Positions 10,452 to 23,049 of a DNA stretch of 64,000 nt are shown here, piece by piece. Position numbers and translations under genes: made by a program. This DNA comes from Eledone cirrhosa. Its lineage: Eukaryota. Within the stretch, counting starts at the first letter, position 1; every line of letters begins with the position of its first letter. Below the pieces are notes generated by a model. That model searched no databases, was not told the DNA's origin, and worked only from the letters and a program-made list of their open reading frames with translations. The stretch spans positions 98,456,001 to 98,520,000 of the forward strand of contig OZ024744.1 of NCBI GenBank assembly GCA_964016885.1, written 5' to 3'.

Positions 10452-12602
10452 TGTGCTAAACACACCCCATTAAGAACTATAAACAAATCTAAGAGCAGAA
10501 TCCCTAGAAATAGAAAAACGCTCATCAGAAAAATTAAGAGAACGAACAAAAAAATCAACAATCTGAAATACTGTCAGCAGCAACACATCAACTTGACTGC
10601 CATTTCATCACTAGAGATTAAAAAACATAACCTCCAAAACAACATAATGTCCCTCATCAACAATCAGAGAAGAGCTGAAGAGGCCTGGGCCATTGAGAAG
10701 ATCAAACTCAATCCCAAAGTGTTCTTTTCATTTGCAAAAAAACACAAAATCACTGGCTCTACTGTTGGCCCTCTAATTGATGAAAATGGCACTCTTCAAG
10801 ACAATGCTAAAACCATGGGTGAGATACTGCAGAAACAATACTGCTCTGTTTTCAGCAATCCTGATATGGCCGATCTGGGCTGTATCGGCGATGTTACTCC
10901 CCATTACACCTTATCGGACATAACGTTTGGCGCCCCTGATGTCTTGGCGGCAATAAAGGAAATCAAGCATAATTCAGCAGTAGGTCCCGATAGGTTCCCT
11001 GCTTGTGTCTTGAAGGCGTGTCAACACCAACTTGCTTCTCCTCTTGCCAATCTGTGGCGGAACTCACTGGATGCTGGATATGTGCCAGAAAACCTTCTAT
11101 CCCAGTCTGTTGTCCCAGTTTTCAAAAAGGGAAACAAATCCCTTGCCGTGAATTACCGTCCAATCTCACTCACCTCTCATATCATTAAGGTATTTGAGCG
11201 AGTGGTGAGATCGCGAATGACCCACTTCCTTGAGAGTAACAATATGCTGAACTCCAACCAGCATGGATTCCGTAATGGAAGGGATTGCCTGACGCAACTA
11301 CTGCATCACTTTGATGACATTTTGAGAGCCTTGGGAGAGGGTTCCAACACTGATGTTATCTACCTTGATTTCAGCAAGGCCTTTGACAGGGTTGATCATA
11401 ACATTCTACTGAGAAAGCTGTCCAATATTGGTGTCACTGGAAAGCTGCTGCAGTGGATCAAGAGCTTCCTGTCAAACAGAACCCAACATGTTGTAGTTGA
11501 GGGAGTCAAATCAAGCCCAGCCAAAGTCAGTAGTGGAGTCCCACAAGGCACTGTGTTGGGCCCACTTCTCTTCATCATCTATATTAATGACATCACTGAC
11601 ATCATCAAACACAGCAACATTAAAATTTTCGCTGATGATTCCAAGCTCCAAAAGGTCATCAATGGCGTGGATGACCGGATAAGCCTTCAGTCAGACCTAC
11701 TGGCTGTTACCCAATGGGCAGAAAAGAACAACATGTTACTGAACGAAGACAAATTCGAACTGATCCACTTTGGAAAAGAGGATGCTCTGAAACTCCCGTA
11801 CTCCCTTCCCTCCGGGGAAACTCTCGTGGCATCTAACAACATCAGAGACTTGGGAGTAACCGTGGACAGCAACATAAGCTGGACCACGCATATAAGCAGC
11901 AAAGTTGACATGGCCCGCAGAATGTGTTCCTGGATCCTCAGAACCTTCCAGTCGAGAGATTCCCGCACCATTATCCTTCTCTTCTCTACTTTCGCCCGAC
12001 CACACCTTGAATACTGTTGTCCACTGTGGTCTCCCCACACGAAACAAAGTATCATGAAACTTGAAGCTCCTCAAAGGGCAATCACGAAAAAGATAGATGG
12101 CATGTCAGACCTTGACTACTGGGGTCGATTGGAAAACCTGAAACTTTACTCACTCCAACGTCGCCGTGAGCGTTATATTATCTGCATGATGTGGAAAATG
12201 TTCCATCATCACTGCCCAAATGATGTTGGCATCGCCTTCAAGATACACCCAAGGCTTGGGCCCCGTGCTATCCGTCCCATTCAAAAATCTAAATCGCAAC
12301 TCATAACAACAATACGGCACAATTATTTCACCTCAATCGGCCCTGCTCTCTTCAACATCACACCAGGACACGTCAAAACAGAAACTGACCACACAAAATT
12401 CAAGAAGTCTTTGGACAAATTCCTCCAAGTAATCCCGGACAAACCACCCACACCCGGATATGTCTCCGCAAACAGTAATTCTCTTCTCGAATGGGCCATG
12501 GTGCCCAAATCCTGAATTGAAAGACTTCGCCAGGTGGTGCTATTAAGTTAGACATGGCCTGGGCCAATACTGGCCAAAACATTTCAAAGTTATTCAAAGT
12601 TA
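10452..12602 (+). mobile_element. CR1/L2-group LINE family 1, copy A (5'-truncated, RT reading frame open to 12515)
   Basis: [35 protein letters not shown]; tail (TTCAAAGTTA)2. Confidence 0.95.
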
Positions 12603-12702
12603 TATACATGTATATACATATATATATATATGTATATATACATGTATATACATGTATATACATATATATATATATGTATATATACATGTATATACATGTA
12701 TA

Positions 12703-15477
12703 TAACTTTGAATAACTTTGAAATGTTTTGGCCAGTATTGGCCCAGGCCATGTCTAACTTAATAGCACCACCTGGCGAAGTCTTTCAATTCAGGATTTGG
12801 GCACCATGGCCCATTCGAGAAGAGAATTACTGTTTGCGGAGACATATCCGGGTGTGGGTGGTTTGTCCGGGATTACTTGGAGGAATTTGTCCAAAGACTT
12901 CTTGAATTTTGTGTGGTCAGTTTCTGTTTTGACGTGTCCTGGTGTGATGTTGAAGAGAGCAGGGCCGATTGAGGTGAAATAATTGTGCCGTATTGTTGTT
13001 ATGAGTTGCGATTTAGATTTTTGAATGGGACGGATAGCACGGGGCCCAAGCCTTGGGTGTATCTTGAAGGCGATGCCAACATCATTTGGGCAGTGATGAT
13101 GGAACATTTTCCACATCATGCAGATAATATAACGCTCACGGCGACGTTGGAGTGAGTAAAGTTTCAGGTTTTCCAATCGACCCCAGTAGTCAAGGTCTGA
13201 CATGCCATCTATCTTTTTCGTGATTGCCCTTTGAGGAGCTTCAAGTTTCATGATACTTTGTTTCGTGTGGGGAGACCACAGTGGACAACAGTATTCAAGG
13301 TGTGGTCGGGCGAAAGTAGAGAAGAGAAGGATAATGGTGCGGGAATCTCTCGACTGGAAGGTTCTGAGGATCCAGGAACACATTCTGCGGGCCATGTCAA
13401 CTTTGCTGCTTATATGCGTGGTCCAGCTTATGTTGCTGTCCACGGTTACTCCCAAGTCTCTGATGTTGTTAGATGCCACGAGAGTTTCCCCGGAGGGAAG
13501 GGAGTACGGGAGTTTCAGAGCATCCTCTTTTCCAAAGTGGATCAGTTCGAATTTGTCTTCGTTCAGTAGCATGTTGTTCTTTTCTGCCCATTGGGTAACA
13601 GCCAGTAGGTCTGACTGAAGGCTTATCCGGTCATCCACGCCATTGATGACCTTTTGGAGCTTGGAATCATCAGCGAAAATTTTAATGTTGCTGTGTTTGA
13701 TGATGTCAGTGATGTCATTAATATAGATGATGAAGAGAAGTGGGCCCAACACAGTGCCTTGTGGGACTCCACTACTGACTTTGGCTGGGCTTGATTTGAC
13801 TCCCTCAACTACAACATGTTGGGTTCTGTTTGACAGGAAGCTCTTGATCCACTGCAGCAGCTTTCCAGTGACACCAATATTGGACAGCTTTCTCAGTAGA
13901 ATGTTATGATCAACCCTGTCAAAGGCCTTGCTGAAATCAAGGTAGATAACATCAGTGTTGGAACCCTCTCCCAAGGCTCTCAAAATGTCATCAAAGTGAT
14001 GCAGTAGTTGCGTCAGGCAATCCCTTCCATTACGGAATCCATGCTGGTTGGAGTTCAGCATATTGTTACTCTCAAGGAAGTGGGTCATTCGCGATCTCAC
14101 CACTCGCTCAAATACCTTAATGATATGAGAGGTGAGTGAGATTGGACGGTAATTCACGGCAAGGGATTTGTTTCCCTTTTTGAAAACTGGGACAACAGAC
14201 TGGGATAGAAGGTTTTCTGGCACATATCCAGCATCCAGTGAGTTCCGCCACAGATTGGCAAGAGGAGAAGCAAGTTGGTGTTGACACGCCTTCAAGACAC
14301 AAGCAGGGAACCTATCGGGACCTACTGCTGAATTATGCTTGATTTCCTTTATTGCCGCCAAGACATCAGGGGCGCCAAACGTTATGTCCGATAAGGTGTA
14401 ATGGGGAGTAACATCGCCGATACAGCCCAGATCGGCCATATCAGGATTGCTGAAAACAGAGCAGTATTGTTTCTGCAGTATCTCACCCATGGTTTTAGCA
14501 TTGTCTTGAAGAGTGCCATTTCATCAATTAGAGGGCCAACAGTAGAGCCAGTGATTTTGTGTTTTTTTGCAAATGAAAAGAACACTTTGGGATTGAGTTT
14601 GATCTTCTCAATGGCCCAGGCCTCTTCAGCTCTTCTCTGATTGTTGATGAGGGACATTATGTTGTTTTGGAGGTTATGTTTTTTAATCTCTAGTGATGAA
14701 ATGGCAGTCAAGTTGATGTGTTGCTGCTGACAGTATTTCAGCTTGTTGATTTTTTTGTTCGTTCTCTTAATTTTTCTGATGAGTGTTTTTCTATTTCTAG
14801 GGATTCTGCTCTTAGATTTGTTTATAGTTCTTAATGGGGTGTGTTTAGCACATATGTTTGTAACAGTGTCCACAAATGTCTGCCAGGACTTTTTGATGTT
14901 AGTGGGTGTATGAGTGTGCGTGAAGGACCAGTCGACATGTGCAAGATCATGACTGATCGCTTCCCAGTTTGCATTGTGGAAATCCATAGCGTCAAACGGA
15001 TGGACAGGAGAAATGACATTGGGTTTGTATATTGGACGGTGGAATCTCAGATCACAGAGAACCATGTCATGATCAGAGAGTAGAGTTTTCTCCACTGCAA
15101 TATTGTGGATATTGTCAGTGTGATTGCTGAAAATTAAGTCTAGGACGTTTTTGTGGCACCTCGTTGGTTCGAGCACTAGTTGGGATAGGAAGAAATCATC
15201 CATGAAGTCAAGAAGCGATTCCACAGCTTCCCTGTCAGAGGTTGAGGCAGAAGAACCTGGTGGCAGGGTGTTTGTGGACCAGTCAACTCCGGGGAGGTTG
15301 AAGTCCCCCATCATTAAGATGTTGTCAGGGTGACACTCTTGGATGAAACACTTTATGCTGTTGAGGCATTCCTTGAAGCATGGTACAGGCGTTTGGGGTG
15401 GCCTATAGAGCCCAACTACTAATAGGTTGTTGGTTTGACTGAATACAGTGACTGCCTCACAGTATCCATTAGTGAAT
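12703..15477 (-). mobile_element. CR1/L2-group LINE family 1, copy B (partial APE plus RT, one frameshift near 14520)
   Basis: GDFNLP, LDLIFSN, SDH endonuclease motifs; RT ORF 12790..14490. Confidence 0.95.
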
Positions 15478-15479
15478 TA

Positions 15480-15975
15480 GTATATACATATATATATGTA
15501 TATATACATGTATATACATGTATATACATGTATATATGTATATATACATGTATATACATGTATATACATATATATATGTATATATACATGTATATACATG
15601 TATATACATATATATATATGTATATATACATGTATATACATATATATATGTATATATACATGTATATACATATATATATATGTATATATACATGTATATA
15701 CATATATATATATGTATATATACATGTATATACATATATATATGTATATATACATGTATATACATATATATATATGTATATATACATGTATATACATATA
15801 TATATATGTATATATACATGTATATACATATATATATACATGTATATATATGTATATACATATATATACATGTATATATATGTATATACATATATATACA
15901 TGTATATATATGTATATACATGTATATATATACATGTATATATATGTATATATATACATGTATATATATATATAT
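15480..15975. repeat. Compound (TA)n microsatellite with TACATGTA units
   Basis: Directly visible; same variant as at 10100 and 12603. Confidence 0.95.
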
Positions 15976-16363
15976 AAATCAGGAAAGAAAGTTGACATGG
16001 TTTGCTATACAAAAAAGGTTTTTAATCTCATAGCTGACAATTGTTTCTCTGAACTGGTAGGTCTAGAGATCGCTATTCGCTTGTTTTCACGTTACTCGAT
16101 TGCCAATACAAAATTATTCAGAGAAACAATTGTCAGCAATGAGATTAAAAACCTTTTTTGTATAGCAAACCATGTCAACTTTCTTTCCTGATTTATTATT
16201 ACTCCAAGTGTTTACAATATAGGAATTACAGCATACCCGCAGCATCACTATGAAAACGCCTTGTTGAGTCAAACCAAGCCAAGCGTTGATATCATCCACT
16301 ACCTGGAATACCATAACTGGACTATACCTAAGTGGACTGCATTTAACTATTATTTGTTACCCC

Positions 16364-16366
<3 letters not shown>
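15974..16366. mobile_element. pLTR-like element with 80-bp head-to-head inversion and 3' half of a hammerhead
   Basis: Arms 15974-16053/16117-16196 (1 mismatch); + arm has GAAA-caatt-GTC-agcaa; (TA)n on both sides. Confidence 0.65.
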
Positions 16367-16437
<71 letters not shown>

Positions 16438-16502
16438 TATTAAGTGTAATGAATTCTTTTACAATGGAATTAGCTCGAAGGAGGAAATACCCCTGAGCCG
16501 TG

Positions 16503-16603
16503 TATAAACTAATATATATGATGAAACACAGATACCAACACATCTGTATTTATATTGCAATATAAATACAGATGTATTGGTATCTGTGTTTCATCATATA
16601 TAT

Positions 16604-16612
<9 letters not shown>
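16503..16612. repeat. Loop-less 110-bp palindrome (1 mismatch)
   Basis: Centred on ttgcaa; arms tataaactaat...tatattg / caatata...attagtttata. Confidence 0.9.
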
Positions 16613-16644
<32 letters not shown>

Positions 16645-16699
16645 GAGAGAGTGAGAGAATAGGAAGTCAGATTTGCAGCTGGTTATGAAACATATATAT

Positions 16700-18070
16700 G
16701 TATGAAGGAAAAGAGTGCTCTGTGTTATGTACTGAGCTAAAATATTATTAATGTTTCTCAACACAGTTGCTTGCTACTTAAGGTTTCAAATCCTACCCCT
16801 GCATAGGTAATGGAAACATGATCTATGCTTGTTGTTGCTTATCACTCCAGCAAGAAAATATGATGTACAGTGTTACTTTATGAGATAGCGTAATGTCAAA
16901 GGGAGGTAATAAAGTAGGTTTTTCTGATATTCAAGGGAAGTAACTCCTGTGTTTGTATGTTTATAATTTTGACTATGATTAAAGAGTATCTTGAGTTTTT
17001 GTCTATTATCATGTGGTTTATTGTAGTGAAAGCGTGTTTTTTTTTTATTATGGTGTGGGGGTAAAATTTATTGTTAAAGGTGTATGTGTGAATATTTATA
17101 GCTTAATGTATTGAAAACATTAAGGTGTATGGAGGTGAGGCTAAGTGGATGAAGGCAGGTATAAATTAGTTGTGTTTTGTGTGTCTGGGCATCCCTGCTG
17201 ACAGGAAATGTGACTGTACGTGTGGGCAACCTCTAAGCATCTCATATTTTGTGTTCAAGTATTTATTGGAGGATTTCAAAGCCAGTTATATCCTGTATTT
17301 TTCATGTAGGCAAAGTGAATACTTCTTACTTCTTTAAGGGCCTGATATTTCTAGGATATTCCATTTAATCATGTATGGTGTCCCCTTTATCTTTCAGTTC
17401 CCATACTCGGTTTGCCAGTGCCATGGTCATCTTCATTTGTCAGTGTGTGAATGACACAATAAGTGAGTAGTACAGTTGTTTAAGATGGTCTTGTGACATA
17501 TCCACATATTGTTCACTGTTCTCTGTATGGTTGGTTGTATTTAGTGTAATGGTGGCTTTGTACACAATCAACCTGACATTGCATTTTTCTTATATAGGGC
17601 ATTCCTCCTTTACCCTTCATGCACATCCCAGATTTTCTTTGGGTTCTTTCTTGTTTGTTATCTTTGAGTAGCTGATTTTCATCAACTGCCTGCTGAAAAT
17701 TTTACTATATCTATGTTGATGGGGGTCTAAGAATTTTTTGCTTTGGGAGAAGGTGGGGTGTACCATGTTATATTTATTTTTCTGTTTTTAGGTTTGTTTT
17801 AAGTAATGGTTTTGGGTATATTTAATTTTTTTCTCGAAGCTTGCTCTCTGTAAGTGCTTTATTATAGTATGGGGCTGTCATACCAAATATCTGCTTGGAG
17901 AAATATAATGCTACGACTAATGTTTGGGACTAAGTTTTTAAAGATTATGGGTGGGTGAGTGGCTGGACCCGCTATTAATATATCTTAATCTTTCATTAGG
18001 CTTGTGATAAGATTTATGGGTACCTGTAGCTAAATTCAAGTTAACATCTAAGAAATCGACATTGGTTAGA
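16700..18070 (-). pseudogene. Decayed Penelope-like element: RT thumb, GIY-YIG endonuclease region and probable pLTR
   Basis: VDFLDVNLNLATGTHKSYHKPNERLRYINSGSSH; CPI..KCNVRLIVYKATIT; terminal YLNTKYEMLRGCPH; many stops. Confidence 0.75.
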
Positions 18071-18101
18071 TTGTATATATATATATATATATATATGTAT
18101 T

Positions 18102-18606
18102 TCATCATCATCGTTTCATGTCCATTATTCCACGCTAGCATGAGTTATCTTGTTGTGAGCAATGCCAGATCAGGTGGCTGTCTTGCTCATACAGAACTGA
18201 TTTTGGCTTGGTTTCTACAGCTGAATACTCTTCCTAGTGCCAACCGCATTTACAGTGAGTACTGCATGCTTTTTGTCATGACACTTACATGACCACTTTA
18301 CAGTGTGGACTGGGTGCTTTTTGTTGTGACACCTACATGACCACTTTACAGTGTGGACTGGGTGCTTTTTGTCGTGACACTTACATGACCATTTTATAGT
18401 GTGAGTTGGGCACTTTTTGTTGTGTTGCCATCACGCCCATTTTACAGTGTGAGTTGGGCACTTTTTGTTGTGTTGCCATCACGCCCATTTTACAGTGTTG
18501 GCTGGATGTATACTTGAGTTTGTCCTCATGGGAGTGTGTGGGGTGGTGTATGTTATATATATATGCTTCAGCTTTGGCCTGTGCCCGTGGAAAGTCAGGT
18601 CTTCTG

Positions 18607-18610
<4 letters not shown>
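18102..18610 (-). mobile_element. RTE-type 3'UTR with ~48-bp module expanded about 5 times
   Basis: Repeated ttacagtgtggactgggtgctttttg at 18240-18500; GAT tail. Confidence 0.75.
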
Positions 18611-18649
<39 letters not shown>

Positions 18650-18736
18650 AGCAAAGGGATATTTAATTTGTTGGTAATTCAACAAATATATTTATAACAG
18701 ATTCAAAGCACTCAACAGGTTTTCTGGAGTATAATG

Positions 18737-18794
18737 TCAATGATATTAATAAATGGAAACTATAAATATAGTTTCCATTTATTAATATCATTGA
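18737..18794. repeat. Perfect 28-bp inverted repeat, 2-nt loop
   Basis: tcaatgatattaataaatggaaactata-aa-tatagtttccatttattaatatcattga. Confidence 0.9.
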
Positions 18795-18829
18795 TATATT
18801 TATATATATATGTATATATACAGATAGGG

Positions 18830-19275
18830 TGGTGGATAAAAACTCTCAAGGAAGTTGATAGAGGTGTGAGGTACTAAAGATGAAAGGAAGTTGACATAAG
18901 AGAGGAAGATATTGATTGTGTGAAGTAGAGGGAGGTAGCTTCAATGATGTCAATATAGCAGCCATATTGTTTAGGGTTGGGGTCAGTGAAGGATGCAAAG
19001 ATCTCAGATTGAGGGTAGCTCAAAAATAGGTTGGTGTAGTTAGGGTTTATGTTCATTCCCATAACCACAATCCTGAAACATGGGTGAGGACAAGTTTAGC
19101 TAGGCAGAGGATGGTGGAGGGTTGGGTTTAGGGTGGGGCTACTGTTGAGAAAGTGTTGAATAACTTAAGAGGCTATCATTGAGGATGATAGGTGTGGAGA
19201 AATTGTATGTCCAGGGTGAAATGAAGGGTGGGAGGGTGTATAAAGAGTTGAATAGGTAGAAAAGGAAGGGACGAC
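18830..19275 (-). pseudogene. Decayed Penelope-like RT core fragment (second family)
   Basis: [40 protein letters not shown]...YGCYIDI resemble PLE motifs TMDVxSLYT, AMGTxMxPxYANLF, RYIDD. Confidence 0.7.
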
Positions 19276-19276
19276 C

Positions 19277-19566
19277 ATGTGTGTATACATATGTATATAT
19301 ATATATGCGTGTGTGTATATATATATATATATGTATGTATATGTATGTATATATGTATATGTATATGTATGTATATATATGTATATGTATATGTATGTAT
19401 ATATATGTATATGTATATGTATGTATGTATATGTATATGTATGTATATATATGTATATGTATGTATATATATATGTATATGTATGTATATATATATGTAT
19501 ATGTATATATATGTATATATATGTATGTGTATATATATATATATATATATATGATGATGATGATGA
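19277..19566. repeat. (TATG)/(TA)n microsatellite plus (GAT)n
   Basis: Directly visible. Confidence 0.95.
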
Positions 19567-20034
19567 TTATAACTCGATTTCAAGTAATGCCATAGCTTGA
19601 TTCTTAAGCATGTGCATCACAGACGCATCTTTTTAGTCCTGCTAGGGACTTGCCTATGACCAGCTATATCATACATCGCAGAAAATGTCACATATCAAGA
19701 GATGCTTCTGCTTGAAACTTTTTAAAGTGAGGGATAGGTTTTGCACGGGGCCAATCCCACTCTCTGAACATTGAATGCATTTACCCAAAAAGAAGGACTG
19801 GTCTACATCAATGGATGCAAATGAAGTTGCATGTTTTATATCAGAGAGACCTTCTCTTAGAGAGATGTCTTAATGAAGATTAGGAGTCTCTCGCTTCACA
19901 AAAAAAAATACATACTTACAAACATATGTATATATGTGTGTGTGTATGTGTGTATATCAATATCTATCTATCTATCTATCTATATATATAAGTGTAAATA
20001 ATCGAGAATCAGAATCTCGGCCCACGAAATAACA

Positions 20035-20101
<67 letters not shown>

Positions 20102-20197
20102 TTTGAATTGCCACTTTTCTACTCAGTGTTCATTCAGTTAATGTTTAAATGTTTTCAGTATTATGATATAATAAACGCTATACTTGTGCATTTAAAC

Positions 20198-20275
20198 CGG
20201 AGCTTCTCAAAGTGGGTGCTACCACCCCCAGGGTGCATTGAGAAGGTCCAGGGGGCGCGCTGCGGCCGAAGAGGG
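20198..20275 (+). mobile_element. Possible hAT-MITE terminus
   Basis: cggagcttctcaaagtgggtg resembles CAGTG(C)TTCTCAAA hAT termini; no partner end found. Confidence 0.3.
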
Positions 20276-20404
20276 TGGTAGAGATGATATAATAGTATAT
20301 TAAATATCAAATGATACATATTATATATAGATATAGTAAAATAAAAAATATATATTTATTTATACATAGTATGTATTATATTTATTATTATATAATATTT
20401 ACAT

Positions 20405-20743
20405 GGAGGCACATGGCTTAGTGGTTAGAGCATTGGCCTTGCAATCGAAAGGTTGTGAGTTCAATTCTCAGACCAGGTGATGTGTTGTTTCCTTGAGCAA
20501 GACACTTTATTTCACATTGCTCCAGTTTACTCAGCTGTAGAAATGAGATGATAGGGACTGGGGTCCATATCATTCCACTGCAAAGTGGTCGTGGAGGTGC
20601 CACGGCAAAAAAGCACCCAGCACTCATTGTAAATGAGGTTGGTGTTAGGAAGGGCATCCAGCTGTAGAAATCAAGCCAGAATCAGTTCCCGTCCCACCCT
20701 TGCAAGCAGGGAAAAGCGGACGTAAAATGATGATGATGATGAT
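20405..20743 (+). mobile_element. SINE family A, full length
   Basis: Near-identical to 2055-2384; (GAT)n tail. Confidence 0.9.
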
Positions 20744-21004
20744 TACAATTTATGTATAGGCAAAGTTTGAGAACCTCTGATTTAAGCCATATGGAGATTT
20801 TGTTGACAAAATCTAGCTGGAGTTTCTATCCATTACCTCTGTTTCCAAACTTATATTTAAACACTTTATGAAGTTGTCTTTACAAGTATAGAAAAGTAAC
20901 ATTGCTAGTCATGGTAGTAGTGAACATCAACAATGTTGCTGCTGCCACCAAGACTCACTTGGGGTTACTTTCCCTAGTGTACGTTCAAATACAAATGTAT
21001 GGAG

Positions 21005-21217
21005 ATCGTGTTTCTTCCCCTTCAACTAGGTCTAACTGGAACTCCTCTCTGCTACCTCTGATATTGGCTTTAGAGTCTTGGTTGTGTTATTCCCAGAGAC
21101 TGGGAGTTGTTTCATGAAATTATAGGCAGATTTGTTCATAATTCCTCTGGCTCCCACATCTATGTTGAGAACTTTGATTCTGAAGTTGACTTCTCTCAGG
21201 TTGTTTTCAGACCACAA
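21005..21217 (-). pseudogene. C-terminal relic of an RLE-type non-LTR element (Hero-like)
   Basis: IDVGARGIMNKS...LKPISEVAERSSS*T*LK matches EVGxRG...AExxSxWxWxK if the two TAG codons derive from TGG. Confidence 0.6.
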
Positions 21218-21299
21218 GGTTTTTTAAAAAATGCTCAAGAAGTGCTGTATGTCTCCACAATACTCCTATGACTCCAATAGGAGTTGTATATATAGATAA

Positions 21300-21830
21300 G
21301 TGGTTGTGCGGGTGTCATGACAAAAGCACCCAGCACACACTGTAAATATGATTGGCATTAGGAAGGGCTTCAAGATGTACAAATCTAGCCAGAAACAGAT
21401 CTATATGAGCAAGACAGTCACGTAACCCAACAAGCCTGTAACTAACCCATGCTAGCATGGAAAATGGACGTTAAATGATGGTAATGATGATGATGATAGA
21501 GAGTCGCCAGTGCTGAGACCGGGGAAACAACTAATCATGGGAGTACTCATGGGGAGACAACCCAAAACCGCATGGTGACATGGTTGGGATTTTATATATC
21601 TCTCTCACCCAGCCCACACTGTAAAATGGTCATGTAGGTGTCACGACAAAAAGCACCTAGCATACACTGTAAATGTTGTTGGTGTTAGGCAGGGCATCCA
21701 TCCATGGAAACGAAGCTAAAACCAGTTTTGTATGAACGAGTCATGGTCATCGGACCTGGCTTGTCTCACAACAGGACAATTGTCAAACCCATGCTAGCGT
21801 GGAAAATGGACGTTAAATGGTGATGATGAT
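21300..21830 (+). mobile_element. Two RTE-type 3' tail fragments
   Basis: aaagcacccag..cactgtaaa..ttaggaagggc..cccatgctagc(a/g)tgg..ggacgttaaatg, present twice. Confidence 0.75.
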
Positions 21831-21959
21831 ATTATATATATATATATATCATTATAATAAAACACAAGAAATCTATGTGTTGACGAAGTGGTTATGTAGT
21901 TTTCTCCCTTCTGTAAAGAAAAGCTACTAACACTACAATGATGATAATGAACTTTGAGA

Positions 21960-22118
21960 CTTTTGCTACTGCAGCTACCGTCACTACTACAACTACTGCT
22001 GTTATGCGCTAACACTGCTGCTGTGGCTACTAGTACTACCACCACCACTGCTGCTACTACTACTTCTTCCACCACTGTTGCTGCTGCTACCACTACAACT
22101 ACTATTACTGCTACCATG
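21960..22118. repeat. Degenerate (CTA/CTG/CCA)n trinucleotide repeat
   Basis: Directly visible. Confidence 0.85.
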
Positions 22119-22351
22119 ACAAGGGAAGAGGAAAAGATGAAGACAGAAGAGGGAAAAGAGGACATTGAAGTTTACAAAGCAACAATTTGAACATTCAAGC
22201 ATCTTCACATTGTAATAATCAAATCAAATTATCAAATTAATATATTTCTTTTTACTATACACTCCATTTCCGACTGATACCATGTGAGTGTATATATATA
22301 TATATGTGTGTGTGTATGTATGTGAGTGTGTATCAGTGTGTAAGTATATAT

Positions 22352-22409
<58 letters not shown>

Positions 22410-22492
22410 GTAAACAGAAATAACAACACAATTGGTACAGTATATGGAAGGAATATATTATTAGGTTAACATTTAAAATAGCAGGAAGAGGG

Positions 22493-22528
22493 TCTTAATG
22501 TTTCGGACACTAGTCCTTCATCAGAAGA
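22493..22528 (-). ncRNA. Minimal type-I hammerhead motif
   Basis: tctt-CTGATGA-a-ggac-tagt-gtcc-GAAA-catt-aaga. Confidence 0.7.
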
Positions 22529-22699
22529 AAGAATGAAAAATTAGATAGATGGAAGGGAGGGGCAGGGTGGAATTGGAAAAAAATGTCTTTAGATAAAACT
22601 AACAGGTCCATTCATGTTGACATCTCTTGGAAAAAAAAAATATATATATATATATATAAAAACAAGAGGTATAAGTATACATTTTATTATTTCGGTAGA

Positions 22700-22860
22700 G
22701 GGTCGGACGCCATGCTTTCCAGCATAGTTACGTCCCTTTACGATCTGAGTTCAAATCCCGCCGAGGTTGACTTTGCCTTTCATCCTTACAGGGTCGATAA
22801 AATAAAGTACCAGTAATGCACTGGGTAATTGCTGGCCTTGTGCCTAAAGTAGAAACAATT
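22700..22860 (+). mobile_element. SINE family B fragment
   Basis: ctgagttcaaatcccgccgaggttgactttgcctttcatcc...gtcgataaaataaagtaccag. Confidence 0.7.
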
Positions 22861-23049
22861 ATTTACTTCTTTTATTATGAAATGTAGACTTATACCTCTT
22901 GTTTATAAATTTACTGCAGAGTTAACAGTACCTCTTGTGGACTTTGTTGTTGAGTGCTCTACCCTGCATACTGAAGTGTTAGTGTTAAACTAGGACATAA
23001 TCTGATTAATATTATATGGATACAAGCTGAAGCATATAAACAATATGCC

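Noticed and set aside
11687-12074. Conserved antisense ORFs repeated in four places
   Set aside because: Shadow frames of near-identical LINE copies
21954-22190. Signal-peptide plus Thr/Ala-rich mucin-like ORF
   Set aside because: Arises from a degenerate trinucleotide repeat with a non-ATG start
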